Shown one piece after another: positions 40,647-49,976 of a stretch of 64,000 bases of DNA. Made by a program: the position numbers and the translations under genes. Every line of letters starts with the position of its first letter. Within the stretch, counting starts at the first letter, position 1. The notes beneath the pieces were generated by a model. The model did not search any database and was not told the origin of the DNA. It saw only the letters and a list, made by a program, of their open reading frames with translations. Origin of the DNA: an uncultured Pseudomonadales bacterium. GTDB lineage: Bacteria > Patescibacteriota > Microgenomatia > UBA1400 > CAYXSR01. The DNA lies in contig CAYXSR010000002.1 in assembly GCA_964467735.1 (NCBI GenBank), positions 51,885-115,884 on the forward strand, written 5' to 3'.

Positions 40647-41615
40647 CTAATTAGACTTTAATAAAAGATTGTTATACCAGTTAAAAACAATTGGAATTGT
40701 TTTATTAAAATCATAGGTAGGCCGCCAACCTAGGCTTTTCTTTATTTTCTGGTAATTCAAACTTTGGTAACTTATTTCATTTCTGGCAATATTAAGTATT
40801 TTATATTTAATTTTTTTCTTTAGTATTGTCTCTACTTTTTTTATTGCTTCCAAAACCGAATATGTCTCATCTGTAGAAATATTAAATACTTCTCCCATAG
40901 TTTTTTCTATGTTTTCAGCAATTAAAATATAGGCCTTAACCACATCTTTAATATAAATAAAATCACGGATACATTTACCATTACTTCTTATTTTAAGGAC
41001 TTTGTTTTTAATCAAAGACTCCATTATTCCTGGTATTAAACGATTGAAATTTAAATCACCGGGTCCATAGATATTGCCAAAACGAGTAATAGCAACAGAT
41101 AAACCATATGTTTTGTAATAAGTATGAGCCACAAGGTCGGCACAAGATTTGGAAACTTCATAAGGATGGTCTCCTTTTAAAGGATCTGTTTCTTTGTATA
41201 CTTTATCCAGTTTTCCATAAGCTTTATCCGAAGAAGCAACAATTATTCCCTTTACCTTCCTATATAGTCTTGCTGTTTCCAAAATATTGACTGTTCCCAT
41301 TATATTAGTTTCCAAAGTTTCCAAAGGATTATAATAAGCAGTTTCTACAATTGGTTGAGCAGCCAGATGAAAGATAAATTCAATTTCATACTTGGTAACA
41401 ATATCAAAAACTCTTTTAAAGTTTTTTATATCACAATCCACCATTGTTGTCTTTTTATAGAGTTTTTCTTGGGTAAAAAAAGAGTGAGGATCAAAGCTTC
41501 TTTGAGGAACAACCACTCTTGCCTTTTTTTCAAGCAAGTCTTTTACTAAGTGACTGCCTACCAAACCACAGCCACCGGTCACTAGAATATTTTTACCAAC
41601 AAGTTTCATTTCCAA
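40647..41615 (-). CDS. rfbG: CDP-glucose 4,6-dehydratase-like SDR
   Basis: VTGGCGLVGS, HLAAQPIV, TNIMGTVNILE, SSDKAYG, PYEVSK, GNIYGPGD. Directly downstream of rfbF. Confidence 0.78.
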   Translation of the reverse strand: MEMKLVGKNILVTGGCGLVGSHLVKDLLEKKARVVVPQRSFDPHSFFTQEKLYKKTTMVDCDIKNFKRVFDIVTKYEIEFIFHLAAQPIVETAYYNPLETLETNIMGTVNILETARLYRKVKGIIVASSDKAYGKLDKVYKETDPLKGDHPYEVSKSCADLVAHTYYKTYGLSVAITRFGNIYGPGDLNFNRLIPGIMESLIKNKVLKIRSNGKCIRDFIYIKDVVKAYILIAENIEKTMGEVFNISTDETYSVLEAIKKVETILKKKIKYKILNIARNEISYQSLNYQKIKKSLGWRPTYDFNKTIPIVFNWYNNLLLKSN

Positions 41616-42385
41616 ACTTTCCAGGGCGGGATTCCTTTATTCCAAAGTTTATTTAAACCTTCAACTTCTTTATAAGTATCCATACAATACCAAAATTTTT
41701 CGTGCTTATATAATGATAATTGTCTTTCTTTTGCTAAACGAGACAAAGCTGGGTGTTCTGTTTCTCCAGGTTTAAGATATTTAAAAAATCTTTTATCAAA
41801 AACCATAAAACCACCATTAACGTAATCGGAAAGAGTAGGTTTCTCCTTGAATGCTTTAACCAAGTTGTTTTTATCAACTTTAATTAAACCATATTTCACT
41901 ATCGGATTGACGCCGGTAATCGTCCCAATTATTTTTTGTTTTTTATGAAAAGCAACGAGCTTTTTAATATTAATATCAGAAACACCATCACCATAAGTAA
42001 CCATAAAATATTTATCCTTGTCGGGAATGTATTTCTGACAAAGCAAAATTCTTTCTCCTGGTAAAGTTTCTAATCCAGTATCAACAAAGGTTATTTTAAA
42101 ATTATCAACACTATTTCTATTTTCCAAAAAGAATTTCTTTTTAAAAGTTTCTGTATCTAGAGTAAAATCACAAGTAAATGCTTTTTGATTAATAAAAAAG
42201 TCTTTTATATATTCTGCTTTATAGCCCAAAGCCAGAATAAACTCGTTAAAGCCATAATGGGAATAAATTTTCATTATATGCCATAAAATAGGTCGACCCC
42301 CAACTAAAACCATTGGTTTTGGCTTGAATTCGGTTTCTTCTTTTAGGCGAGTACCTGTGCCACCGCATAGTATTATGGTTTTCAT
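41606..42385 (-). CDS. rfbF: Glucose-1-phosphate cytidylyltransferase
   Basis: LCGGTGTRLKEETEFKPKPMV..GGRPILWHIMKIYSHYG, VDTG, TYGDGVSD, NGGF, CMDT. Confidence 0.93.
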   Translation of the reverse strand: MKTIILCGGTGTRLKEETEFKPKPMVLVGGRPILWHIMKIYSHYGFNEFILALGYKAEYIKDFFINQKAFTCDFTLDTETFKKKFFLENRNSVDNFKITFVDTGLETLPGERILLCQKYIPDKDKYFMVTYGDGVSDINIKKLVAFHKKQKIIGTITGVNPIVKYGLIKVDKNNLVKAFKEKPTLSDYVNGGFMVFDKRFFKYLKPGETEHPALSRLAKERQLSLYKHEKFWYCMDTYKEVEGLNKLWNKGIPPWKVWK

Positions 42386-42397
42386 TTTATCAATAGT

Positions 42398-43426
42398 CTA
42401 AGTTATTAACTTATAGGCTCTCTCAATTTTATCTAAGTTTCTAATCCTTGAGATTGTGTCGTTAGTGTAATGTCGTAATTTTCTTATAAATTTCCAAAAA
42501 GAACTCGGAAAAATAAAAGCAAAGGCAAATAAAATATAAAATTTAAAGTTTTTTTTCAATCGTGGTTCTAGTATTACTAATCTTTGATTAAATTTGACTA
42601 AATTTTCATTGTTTGAGTATAACTTAATTACAGGCTGCAAAATAATATAGTTTTTAAAATAGTTCCATTTATAATTTGCTAACCTTGAGGAGGGTATTAG
42701 GTTTAATACATAATCCATAAGTTGTTCAAACATTAATCTTCCATCTTTTCTTGGAAAGTAGTGGCTTGATATTTCTCCTTGTGACCATGTAATAACCATA
42801 TAGTAATTCGCAATAAAAAAGGCGCCTCCTTCTTTAACTGTAGGATAAATAATCTTCATCCAAGGAATATCGGGAAATTCAAGAACTAAGTTTCCAATAC
42901 TTTTTTTGTTTTTAAAAACCAATCCCGCAATATGACCAACGGCAACTCTAGAAAGAAAAGCAAGTATTTTTTCCGATGATGCTCCTCTTTTTATCTGGAT
43001 ATTCCTTTCATATTTAATTATACTCTTTCTTAATCCCTCTCCTGCAATTTTTTTTTCTATCAAATTAAGGCGCACAAAATCCACCTTTTTTTCAATAATT
43101 ATCTTCCTAACTTTAGTCAATGTATCCTTAAAAATAATTAAATCGTCATCACCCATACTAAAAATATATTTACCTTTCGCTCTATTAAATGCCTTTTTAT
43201 AATTTCCTTCCGCTCCAAAATTCTTACTATTTTTAAAATATCTTATTCTTTTATCCTTAAAACTTTTTACAATTTGTTTTGTTTTATCAGTTGAATGATT
43301 ATCGGAAATTACAATTTCAAAATCTTTAAAATCTTGGAGAAGAATACTATTAATGGCTTTTTTTAAATTTTGGTAGCGATTATAAGTAGGAATAACAATG
43401 GAAAAAAAAGGTTGGTTCATTTTCAT
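42398..43426 (-). CDS. GT2 glycosyltransferase (candidate dideoxy-sugar transferase)
   Basis: FSIVIPTYNR, ISDNHSTD, MGDDD. Same length as 33507-34535 (342 aa) with a similar C-terminus. Confidence 0.87.
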   Translation of the reverse strand: MKMNQPFFSIVIPTYNRYQNLKKAINSILLQDFKDFEIVISDNHSTDKTKQIVKSFKDKRIRYFKNSKNFGAEGNYKKAFNRAKGKYIFSMGDDDLIIFKDTLTKVRKIIIEKKVDFVRLNLIEKKIAGEGLRKSIIKYERNIQIKRGASSEKILAFLSRVAVGHIAGLVFKNKKSIGNLVLEFPDIPWMKIIYPTVKEGGAFFIANYYMVITWSQGEISSHYFPRKDGRLMFEQLMDYVLNLIPSSRLANYKWNYFKNYIILQPVIKLYSNNENLVKFNQRLVILEPRLKKNFKFYILFAFAFIFPSSFWKFIRKLRHYTNDTISRIRNLDKIERAYKLIT

Positions 43427-43430
43427 TCAT

Positions 43431-43459
43431 ATTAAACCAAAAGATCCTCATGTGGTCAA
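43431..43459 (-). promoter_or_regulatory. Candidate sigma70 promoter for the leftward operon
   Basis: TTGACC (43459-43454), a 17-nt spacer ending in TGG, then TTTAAT (43436-43431). The -10 lacks the conserved -11 A; an overlapping TAATAT is an alternative. Confidence 0.35.
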
Positions 43460-43585
43460 TTGTTAACTAATGAATTACATAAGATTTATTTCAAATATAT
43501 ATTTATATTTTTAAAATTACCTCATATTAAAATAAACTTAAATATTGCTAGTCAATTAAGATATACTCTTAATTACTAATCTTAA

Positions 43586-43594
43586 TGCTATAAT
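43586..43594 (+). promoter_or_regulatory. Extended -10 promoter (TGnTATAAT) predicting a leaderless mRNA
   Basis: TGCTATAAT at 43586-43594, then 6 nt (tgattt), then ATG at 43601. No SD. Confidence 0.65.
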
Positions 43595-43600
43595 TGATTT

Positions 43601-44455
43601 ATGAATAATTTGAATCCTCTGGTTTCAGTTATAATTCCAGCCAAAAATTCTGGTAAACATTTAAACAAATGCCTTTCGTGTATTAAAAACCAAACATATA
43701 AAAGAATTGAAATAATTGTTGTTGATAGTAATTCTCAAGACAATACCAAAGAAATTTGCCAAAAATATAAAACGAAGATCTTTCATTTCTCCAATCCAAA
43801 ACTTTTAGGAAAGTTTGATGCTACTTTTAAAAGAAATTTAGGCGCTCAAAAAGCTAAAGGAAAATATGTATACTACGTAGATGCTGATATGAGATTGATA
43901 AAAAATGTCATCTCACAGGCTGTTTTCGCTTGTGAAAAAGAAGATTATGATGCAGTCATTGTTAAAGAAATCGTCGTTGGCAGTGGCTTCTTGACTAAAT
44001 GCCGACACTTAGAACAGGAATGTTACTGGGGAGATGATAACATAGAAGCACCACGTTTTTTCAAAAAGAACGTCTGGAAAAAATTAAAAGGCCTTGATAG
44101 TAAACTAGGAGCGGGCTGCGATGATTGGGATCTATATCAAAGATTTCTCCAGCAGGGATACAAAGCAAAAAGAATAAAGGCTCCTCTTTATCATAACGAA
44201 GGAAAAATAAATCTAAAAGATTTAATTAAAAAAAGTTTTATGTACGGAAAAGATGTTACGAAATTTATTAAAAAGAGTCCCAAAAAAAGTTTTATGTACT
44301 TTTTTCCAATAAGACCTGCTTATATACGTCATTGGAAGCTATTCGTTAAAAATCCTCATTTGGGGTTCGGTCTTATTTTAATAAGGACAATTGAGTATAG
44401 TGGCGGTGCAATTGGAATAATTTATAACAAAATCTCACAAACTAAAATTAAATGA
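43601..44455 (+). CDS. GT2 glycosyltransferase
   Basis: VSVIIPAKN, VVDSNSQD, RNLGA..AKG, VDADM, DDWDL. Confidence 0.9.
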   Translation: MNNLNPLVSVIIPAKNSGKHLNKCLSCIKNQTYKRIEIIVVDSNSQDNTKEICQKYKTKIFHFSNPKLLGKFDATFKRNLGAQKAKGKYVYYVDADMRLIKNVISQAVFACEKEDYDAVIVKEIVVGSGFLTKCRHLEQECYWGDDNIEAPRFFKKNVWKKLKGLDSKLGAGCDDWDLYQRFLQQGYKAKRIKAPLYHNEGKINLKDLIKKSFMYGKDVTKFIKKSPKKSFMYFFPIRPAYIRHWKLFVKNPHLGFGLILIRTIEYSGGAIGIIYNKISQTKIK

Positions 44456-45408
44456 AAAAATATTGGCAGAAAAAAAAGATTCTTATAACCGGAGCCAATG
44501 GCTTCATTGGTTCATCCGTTTGTCAGGAATTATTAAATATCGGAGCAAAAGTAACTGCCCTTGTCAGTCCTAATTCATCGCTCAACAATCTTAAAGGTTT
44601 AAATAATAAAATTAAGCTTCTTCGCAAAGATCTCATAAATGACGTTTTTGAAATTCAGGAAAAAATTGTTTTTCATCTAGCTGCTCTAGATGGCGGTCAG
44701 AAATTTAAAAAACAGCATGGTCCACAAATTCTTCAACAAAACTTAATCATGACTTCCAAGATGATTGAACTTTCGCAAAAAGCAAACGTAGAAAAGTTTA
44801 TTTTTTTTAGTTCAGCGGAAGTTTACCAAGGGAAAAAGAGAGCTCAAAAAAGAAAAATTAAAGAAACCGACTTTAATATTGATGAAGCGTTATTGGCAAA
44901 TAACAATCTATATATGTGGTCAAAGATTATTGGAGAAAGTATTTGCTTGCAGTCTAAGTTGAAAACAATTATAATTCGTCCGGCTAACATCTATGGCGAA
45001 AGAGATTCTGTCCAAAAAGAAAGACTTATTCCTTTACTCCTAGATAATATAAAAAATAATAATAAAGAAGTTGTCCTTACTGGTGATGGGTCACCCACTC
45101 GCTCCTTTATGTATATTGAAGACTTTGTGAAAAATTTATTGGCATTAACAGGAAAACTAAAAAAGGGTATTTATAATATCGCCGGTGAAAATCCAATTTC
45201 TCTTAAAAAATTTGTCAATCTCTTTCACAATATTTGTGGAATTAATATAAAATTCATCTCTAAGACAAAGCAAAATCCCTCTGATTATTTTGTTTTAAAC
45301 AATAGTAAGGTCAAAAAAGTCGTTTCCAACTGGCATGATCAGAGTTATAAAAAAGTTATAAAAAAATTAATCGCCAATATTAATGATAATTGCAATCACT
45401 GGGCCTGA
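44452..45408 (+). CDS. NAD-dependent epimerase/dehydratase (extended SDR)
   Basis: ITGANGFIGS, HLAALDGG, SSAEVY, YMWSK, RPANIYG, TRSFMYIED. Confidence 0.88.
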   Translation: MKKYWQKKKILITGANGFIGSSVCQELLNIGAKVTALVSPNSSLNNLKGLNNKIKLLRKDLINDVFEIQEKIVFHLAALDGGQKFKKQHGPQILQQNLIMTSKMIELSQKANVEKFIFFSSAEVYQGKKRAQKRKIKETDFNIDEALLANNNLYMWSKIIGESICLQSKLKTIIIRPANIYGERDSVQKERLIPLLLDNIKNNNKEVVLTGDGSPTRSFMYIEDFVKNLLALTGKLKKGIYNIAGENPISLKKFVNLFHNICGINIKFISKTKQNPSDYFVLNNSKVKKVVSNWHDQSYKKVIKKLIANINDNCNHWA

Positions 45409-46219
45409 TGGTTTCATTGGCTCTCAACTCATCAAAAAACTTAACACTAGTAAGAAAGATAACATTTGTCACTTTGATAGAAAGGTTTTTTCTCTTTTTT
45501 CTATATCTTCTCTTAAGAATTTCGTTAAAAACAAAGATGTTATTATTCATCTTGCGGGCATTAATCTATCTCAGGATCCAAATGAATACTACTTAGTAAA
45601 CACCTTGGGAACATTAAATTTACTGGAAGCAATTCGGCTTTTTGGAAAAAAGAACTGCCATTTTATTCTCAGCTCTTCATTTGCCATCTACCAGATAAAT
45701 GAAAATAATACAAAGCTTAAAGAAGACAGTTCCCCACTTAAACCAAGAAACCATTATGGAATGTCCAAACTTTTAGCAGAAACTATTGCTAGTCAGTATA
45801 AAGACACAATAGGTAAAATTACTATCCTTAGGATTGCTAATGCCTATGGCAAAAATGACAAACTTATATCTTCACTAATAAATAATCTTATAAAAGGAAA
45901 CAAATTTAAGCTTGATTATCATCCAAAACAAATACGCGATTACATTTATATCGATGATATTGTTAGGGCAATTATTAATACAATCAGATATCAAAAGAAA
46001 AAATTCTCAATCCTTAATGTTTGCAGCGGTAAAAAGACTACAGTCAGTGATTTCTTTAACGAAGTTGAAATGAAACTCAACAAAAAAGGACTAATTAAAT
46101 ATAATAATAAAAGAAAAGAAAATGGATACTGGGTGGGCAATAACAAAAAAGCCTTGAAGGAAATAAAGTTTACTTATATAACTGATTACAAAACAGGAAT
46201 TGCAAAAACATTAAAATGA
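45383..46219 (+). CDS. NAD-dependent epimerase/reductase (extended SDR)
   Basis: ITGPDGFIGS, IHLAG, N.LGT, SSS, YGMSK, RDYIYIDD. Confidence 0.85.
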   Translation: MIIAITGPDGFIGSQLIKKLNTSKKDNICHFDRKVFSLFSISSLKNFVKNKDVIIHLAGINLSQDPNEYYLVNTLGTLNLLEAIRLFGKKNCHFILSSSFAIYQINENNTKLKEDSSPLKPRNHYGMSKLLAETIASQYKDTIGKITILRIANAYGKNDKLISSLINNLIKGNKFKLDYHPKQIRDYIYIDDIVRAIINTIRYQKKKFSILNVCSGKKTTVSDFFNEVEMKLNKKGLIKYNNKRKENGYWVGNNKKALKEIKFTYITDYKTGIAKTLK

Positions 46220-47631
46220 TCAAAAAACAGAAAATAATTATAATCGGCGCTGGTACTGCAGGAAAAGAATTATTAAAAGAAATTATCAAGTATAAATACA
46301 AAGAGTTTGCAGTGATCGGCTTTCTAGATGACGATAAAAGAAAAATAGGGACTACAATAAATAAAGTCCCAGTTTTAGATAATATTGACCAGCTTGAAAA
46401 CATTGTTCACAAGGGCAAAATCAAAAGGATATTCATTGCTCTTCCTTCAATCAAAAGCACAGTTATAAATAATATTTTCAGACGTTGCATAATGATTGGT
46501 GTAAATTGCCAAATTGTCCCCAGAATTAGAGAAATAATTGAAGGAAAAGTCGATCTAAAAAGGGTTCGAAATGTTGAAATAGAAGATTTATTGGGAAGAT
46601 CTGTTAGAAAACCGGATCTTAAAAGCATTTTTTCCTTGATAAAAGGACAAACAGTATTGGTGACTGGAGCAGCTGGTTCAATCGGTTCAGAATTATGTCG
46701 CCAGATCGCTTCCTTTAAACCAAAAAAAATTGTCATGTTTGATTGGTGGGAAAATGGACTTTATCAGATGGGAATTGAGTTTCGTGAAACATATCCAACA
46801 ATTGAATGTCTTTTAGTCATCGGCAATATTCAAGATAAAAAAAGAGTAGAAACAATTTTTTCACAATATAAACCATCCTTGATTTTTCATGCAGCTGCTT
46901 TTAAACATGTTCCTCTTATGGAACAACACCCTAGTGAGGCGATTAAAAATAACATCCTTGGAACAAAAATAGTTGCTGATGCATCAAGAAAATACAGGAT
47001 TAAAAAATTTATTTTTGTTTCAACAGATAAGGCAGCTGATCCTAAAAATATTATGGGAATTACTAAATCAATAAGTGAAAGTTTAATTTCATCTTACAAT
47101 CGAGAAACGAAAACAAAATTTATTGCTGTAAGATTTGGAAATGTTTTAGACAGCAATGGAAGTGTACTCCCTTTGTTCCGGAAACAAATATCTAATGGTG
47201 GACCAATCACTATAACCGATGTTAGAATGACCCGCTATTTTATGACTATTCCTGAAGCTGCCCAATTAATACTTAAAGCAGCTACTATTGGCAAAGGCAA
47301 GGAAATTTTTATACTGGATATGGGTAAACCAATAAAAATCATTGATTTGGCAAAAAATTTAATTCTTTTATCCGGTTTTATTCCCAACAAAGACATAAAG
47401 ATAGAAATTGTTGGTAAAAGACCAGGTGAAAAAATTCATGAAAAACTTATTTCAAACAAAGAAAAATTAATAAAAACCGAGTTTAAAGAAATAATGATGG
47501 TCGAAAACAAACAGACTAATAAAGTAAAGTTAAACTCTTTTATTAAAAAACTACTAGAAGCTGCTCTATCAGGAGACCAAAACAAAACACTCAACTTACT
47601 TAAGCAGTTTCCTAAAAACAAATTAATCTAG
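46216..47631 (+). CDS. PglF/CapD/WbpM-family UDP-GlcNAc 4,6-dehydratase lacking the N-terminal TM domain
   Basis: IIGAGTAG domain, EDLLGR, VTGAAGSIGSEL, HAAAFKHVPLME, STDKA, MGITK, VRFGNVL.SNGSV, RPGEK. Confidence 0.92.
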   Translation: MIKKQKIIIIGAGTAGKELLKEIIKYKYKEFAVIGFLDDDKRKIGTTINKVPVLDNIDQLENIVHKGKIKRIFIALPSIKSTVINNIFRRCIMIGVNCQIVPRIREIIEGKVDLKRVRNVEIEDLLGRSVRKPDLKSIFSLIKGQTVLVTGAAGSIGSELCRQIASFKPKKIVMFDWWENGLYQMGIEFRETYPTIECLLVIGNIQDKKRVETIFSQYKPSLIFHAAAFKHVPLMEQHPSEAIKNNILGTKIVADASRKYRIKKFIFVSTDKAADPKNIMGITKSISESLISSYNRETKTKFIAVRFGNVLDSNGSVLPLFRKQISNGGPITITDVRMTRYFMTIPEAAQLILKAATIGKGKEIFILDMGKPIKIIDLAKNLILLSGFIPNKDIKIEIVGKRPGEKIHEKLISNKEKLIKTEFKEIMMVENKQTNKVKLNSFIKKLLEAALSGDQNKTLNLLKQFPKNKLI

Positions 47632-49458
47632 ATGTTAACAGGAAAACAAAAAAAATATCTATTAAAGAATGTTAGGAAAGAAAACCTAGCTAAACTGTCA
47701 AAAAGACTGGATGTCCCCAAAAAAGAAATTCTTGCTTATTTTGAAAAACGTTGGTCCAAAGGCAAATTTCAAAAATATCTCAAAAGTTATTTTAAACAAA
47801 ATAATGAGAAAAAAACTAATCATTTTAAACTAAGAAATTTCGTTTCATTTCATAAAAAAGAATTGCTTTTTTTAGTCACTATAGTATTAATTTCATACAT
47901 TAATACTTTAAACAATGACTTTGTCTCTGATGATGTTGCTGCCATTCAGACAAACCCTAATTTACCAACATGGCATAATGTAATTGTTGCTCCCCAAGCA
48001 TTAATCCGTCCATTTCTGAATTATTCTATCTATCATTTGTTTGGCTTAAAACCCTGGGCTTTTAGGATAATTAATATTCTATTTCATTTAGGAACAGTAC
48101 TTATTGTCTATTATTTTATAAGTTTACTCATTAATAAGGCAGTTGGTTTTTTAACGGCCTCGATTTTAGCTGTTCATCCTCTCCAAATTGAAGCAGTAAG
48201 TTGGATTTCCGGCGGACCTTATTCTCAGTATAGCTTCTTTTTAATGTCTTCTCTTCTTTCTTATTACCTTTTTATAAGAAAAAGGAAAGTAAAATATTAT
48301 TTTATATCAATTCTATTATATTTTTTAAGTCTGCAGTCTTCTGAAAGAGCTGCAGTATTACCAATAATGATTTTTGCTTTCTTACTTGCTTATAAAAAGT
48401 TTAAAAAATACTGGCTTTCATTAATACCCTTTATTACCTTAAGTGGTTTCTGGGTTCTTATTTTTATGGGAATAATAAAATCAAGGGTTACTATTCTTCA
48501 GTCCGATTACTACCAAAATGATGGTACAATAAATCCTTTATTTAAAGCTGTTGTTGCTTTTTCTTCTTATTTAGGACTTGCTCTTTTCCCAAAAAACTTA
48601 ACCCTTTACCATTCGGAGCTATCTTTTTCTATTTATGACTTTGTCTTTAGGGTAGTAATCGTTGTCATACTAGGCACTCTCTCCCTACTATGCTTTAAGA
48701 AACAAAAGCATTTTTTCTTCTGGCCAATATTCTTTGCTGTCTCTCTTCTTCCGACACTAACCCCTTTTAATGTCACTTGGGTAGTAGCCGAAAGATATGT
48801 TTATCTTGGCAGTATCGGCTTATATGTTGTCTTTTCGCTGATTGTTTATAAACTTATAAAAAAAATTTCAAACTATAAAAACCTTCATTATAATTATTGG
48901 ACAGTATTACTAATACTAGTAATCATGTTATCATTAAGAACAATTGCAAGAAATATTGATTGGGATAATCAAGATAATCTTTGGCTTTCCGCTGCTAAAA
49001 CCTCTCCTTCAAGCCCCCAAAATCATAACAACTTGGGAGATTTATACACCCGCCAAAAAAACTATCAAAAAGCAATTGAAGAATTTAACAAAGCCATCCA
49101 ATTGAATCCTAATTATGCTGATGCTTATCATAATTTAGCCAATACTTTTTTACAAAGTGGCCAGCCGGAAAAAGCAATTGCTAGCTATCAGAAATCCTTA
49201 GAAATTAATCCAACAATATGGCAATCACATCTCGCTTTAGGCGCTATTTATTTTGATCAAAAAGACTATCAACAAGCAAAATCTCATATACTTGAAGCAA
49301 TTAGCATTAAGCCAAATAATCCAGATCTTTATTCAAATCTTGGTTTAATTTATCTTAAAATTGGAGATTATGAAAAAGCAGTTTCATCTTTAAATAAAGC
49401 GTTAGAAATTGATCCAAACAACAATCGAGCAAAAGATATATTAATAAATTCTAGATAG
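47632..49458 (+). CDS. TMTC-like GT-C protein O-glycosyltransferase with C-terminal TPR repeats
   Basis: NDFVSDD, RP, NILFH, HPLQIEAVSWISG, AERYVYL, RNIDW..L, then TPR repeats (HNNLG..A..LNP..A.AYHNLA). Confidence 0.85.
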   Translation: MLTGKQKKYLLKNVRKENLAKLSKRLDVPKKEILAYFEKRWSKGKFQKYLKSYFKQNNEKKTNHFKLRNFVSFHKKELLFLVTIVLISYINTLNNDFVSDDVAAIQTNPNLPTWHNVIVAPQALIRPFLNYSIYHLFGLKPWAFRIINILFHLGTVLIVYYFISLLINKAVGFLTASILAVHPLQIEAVSWISGGPYSQYSFFLMSSLLSYYLFIRKRKVKYYFISILLYFLSLQSSERAAVLPIMIFAFLLAYKKFKKYWLSLIPFITLSGFWVLIFMGIIKSRVTILQSDYYQNDGTINPLFKAVVAFSSYLGLALFPKNLTLYHSELSFSIYDFVFRVVIVVILGTLSLLCFKKQKHFFFWPIFFAVSLLPTLTPFNVTWVVAERYVYLGSIGLYVVFSLIVYKLIKKISNYKNLHYNYWTVLLILVIMLSLRTIARNIDWDNQDNLWLSAAKTSPSSPQNHNNLGDLYTRQKNYQKAIEEFNKAIQLNPNYADAYHNLANTFLQSGQPEKAIASYQKSLEINPTIWQSHLALGAIYFDQKDYQQAKSHILEAISIKPNNPDLYSNLGLIYLKIGDYEKAVSSLNKALEIDPNNNRAKDILINSR

Positions 49459-49487
49459 TAAACTAAATTTCCGTTAGCAGACTTTAT

Positions 49488-49976
49488 TCAAAATCCCATT
49501 TGTTTCTTGATCTTAATGTGTTTCTGATAATGCTCGGGTGGAACTAATTCCTTTAATTTAAATCTTTTGCTTATTCTATATAAAGTCGAATAAGATTTGA
49601 ATAGGATATTATTGGTATAAACATCAACTGTTAAATGAAAAATCAATGAGAGACTAATGGCTAATGCCACAATTTTCATTTCTTTTTCGTCAGATAGTAA
49701 AAAAATTAAAAGACTTACTACTGAATATTCCCAGCCATGAAAAGGGACAATAATCTTATCACTGATTAGAAAATGATAACCCTTTAAAAAATATTTAAAA
49801 TTTATCACTGAACCCATGGCGAAAACATAATCAAATAGATGATCAATGTCAATAAAAACCCCCACTATTACCGCTGGAATAAAACTAAGTATAAGATTTT
49901 TATATATTAAATAAACAATAAAACCTGCAAGCAAACTAAAGAAAAGATGAATGAAAAGATGGAGAAATAATCTCAT
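49488..49976 (-). CDS. Membrane-bound metal-dependent hydrolase-like protein (YdjM-like)
   Basis: N-terminal His residues, DIDH, FHGWE and HL..D, spaced by TM helices. Confidence 0.55.
   Translation of the reverse strand: MRLFLHLFIHLFFSLLAGFIVYLIYKNLILSFIPAVIVGVFIDIDHLFDYVFAMGSVINFKYFLKGYHFLISDKIIVPFHGWEYSVVSLLIFLLSDEKEMKIVALAISLSLIFHLTVDVYTNNILFKSYSTLYRISKRFKLKELVPPEHYQKHIKIKKQMGF

Noticed and set aside
43493-43504. Palindrome aaatatatattt in the divergent spacer as an operator
   Set aside because: It is purely A/T and low in complexity, and no regulator gene is in the window.
49459-49487. Possible terminator between convergent genes
   Set aside because: Only a 4-bp stem (ctaa/ttag) is present, too weak to call.
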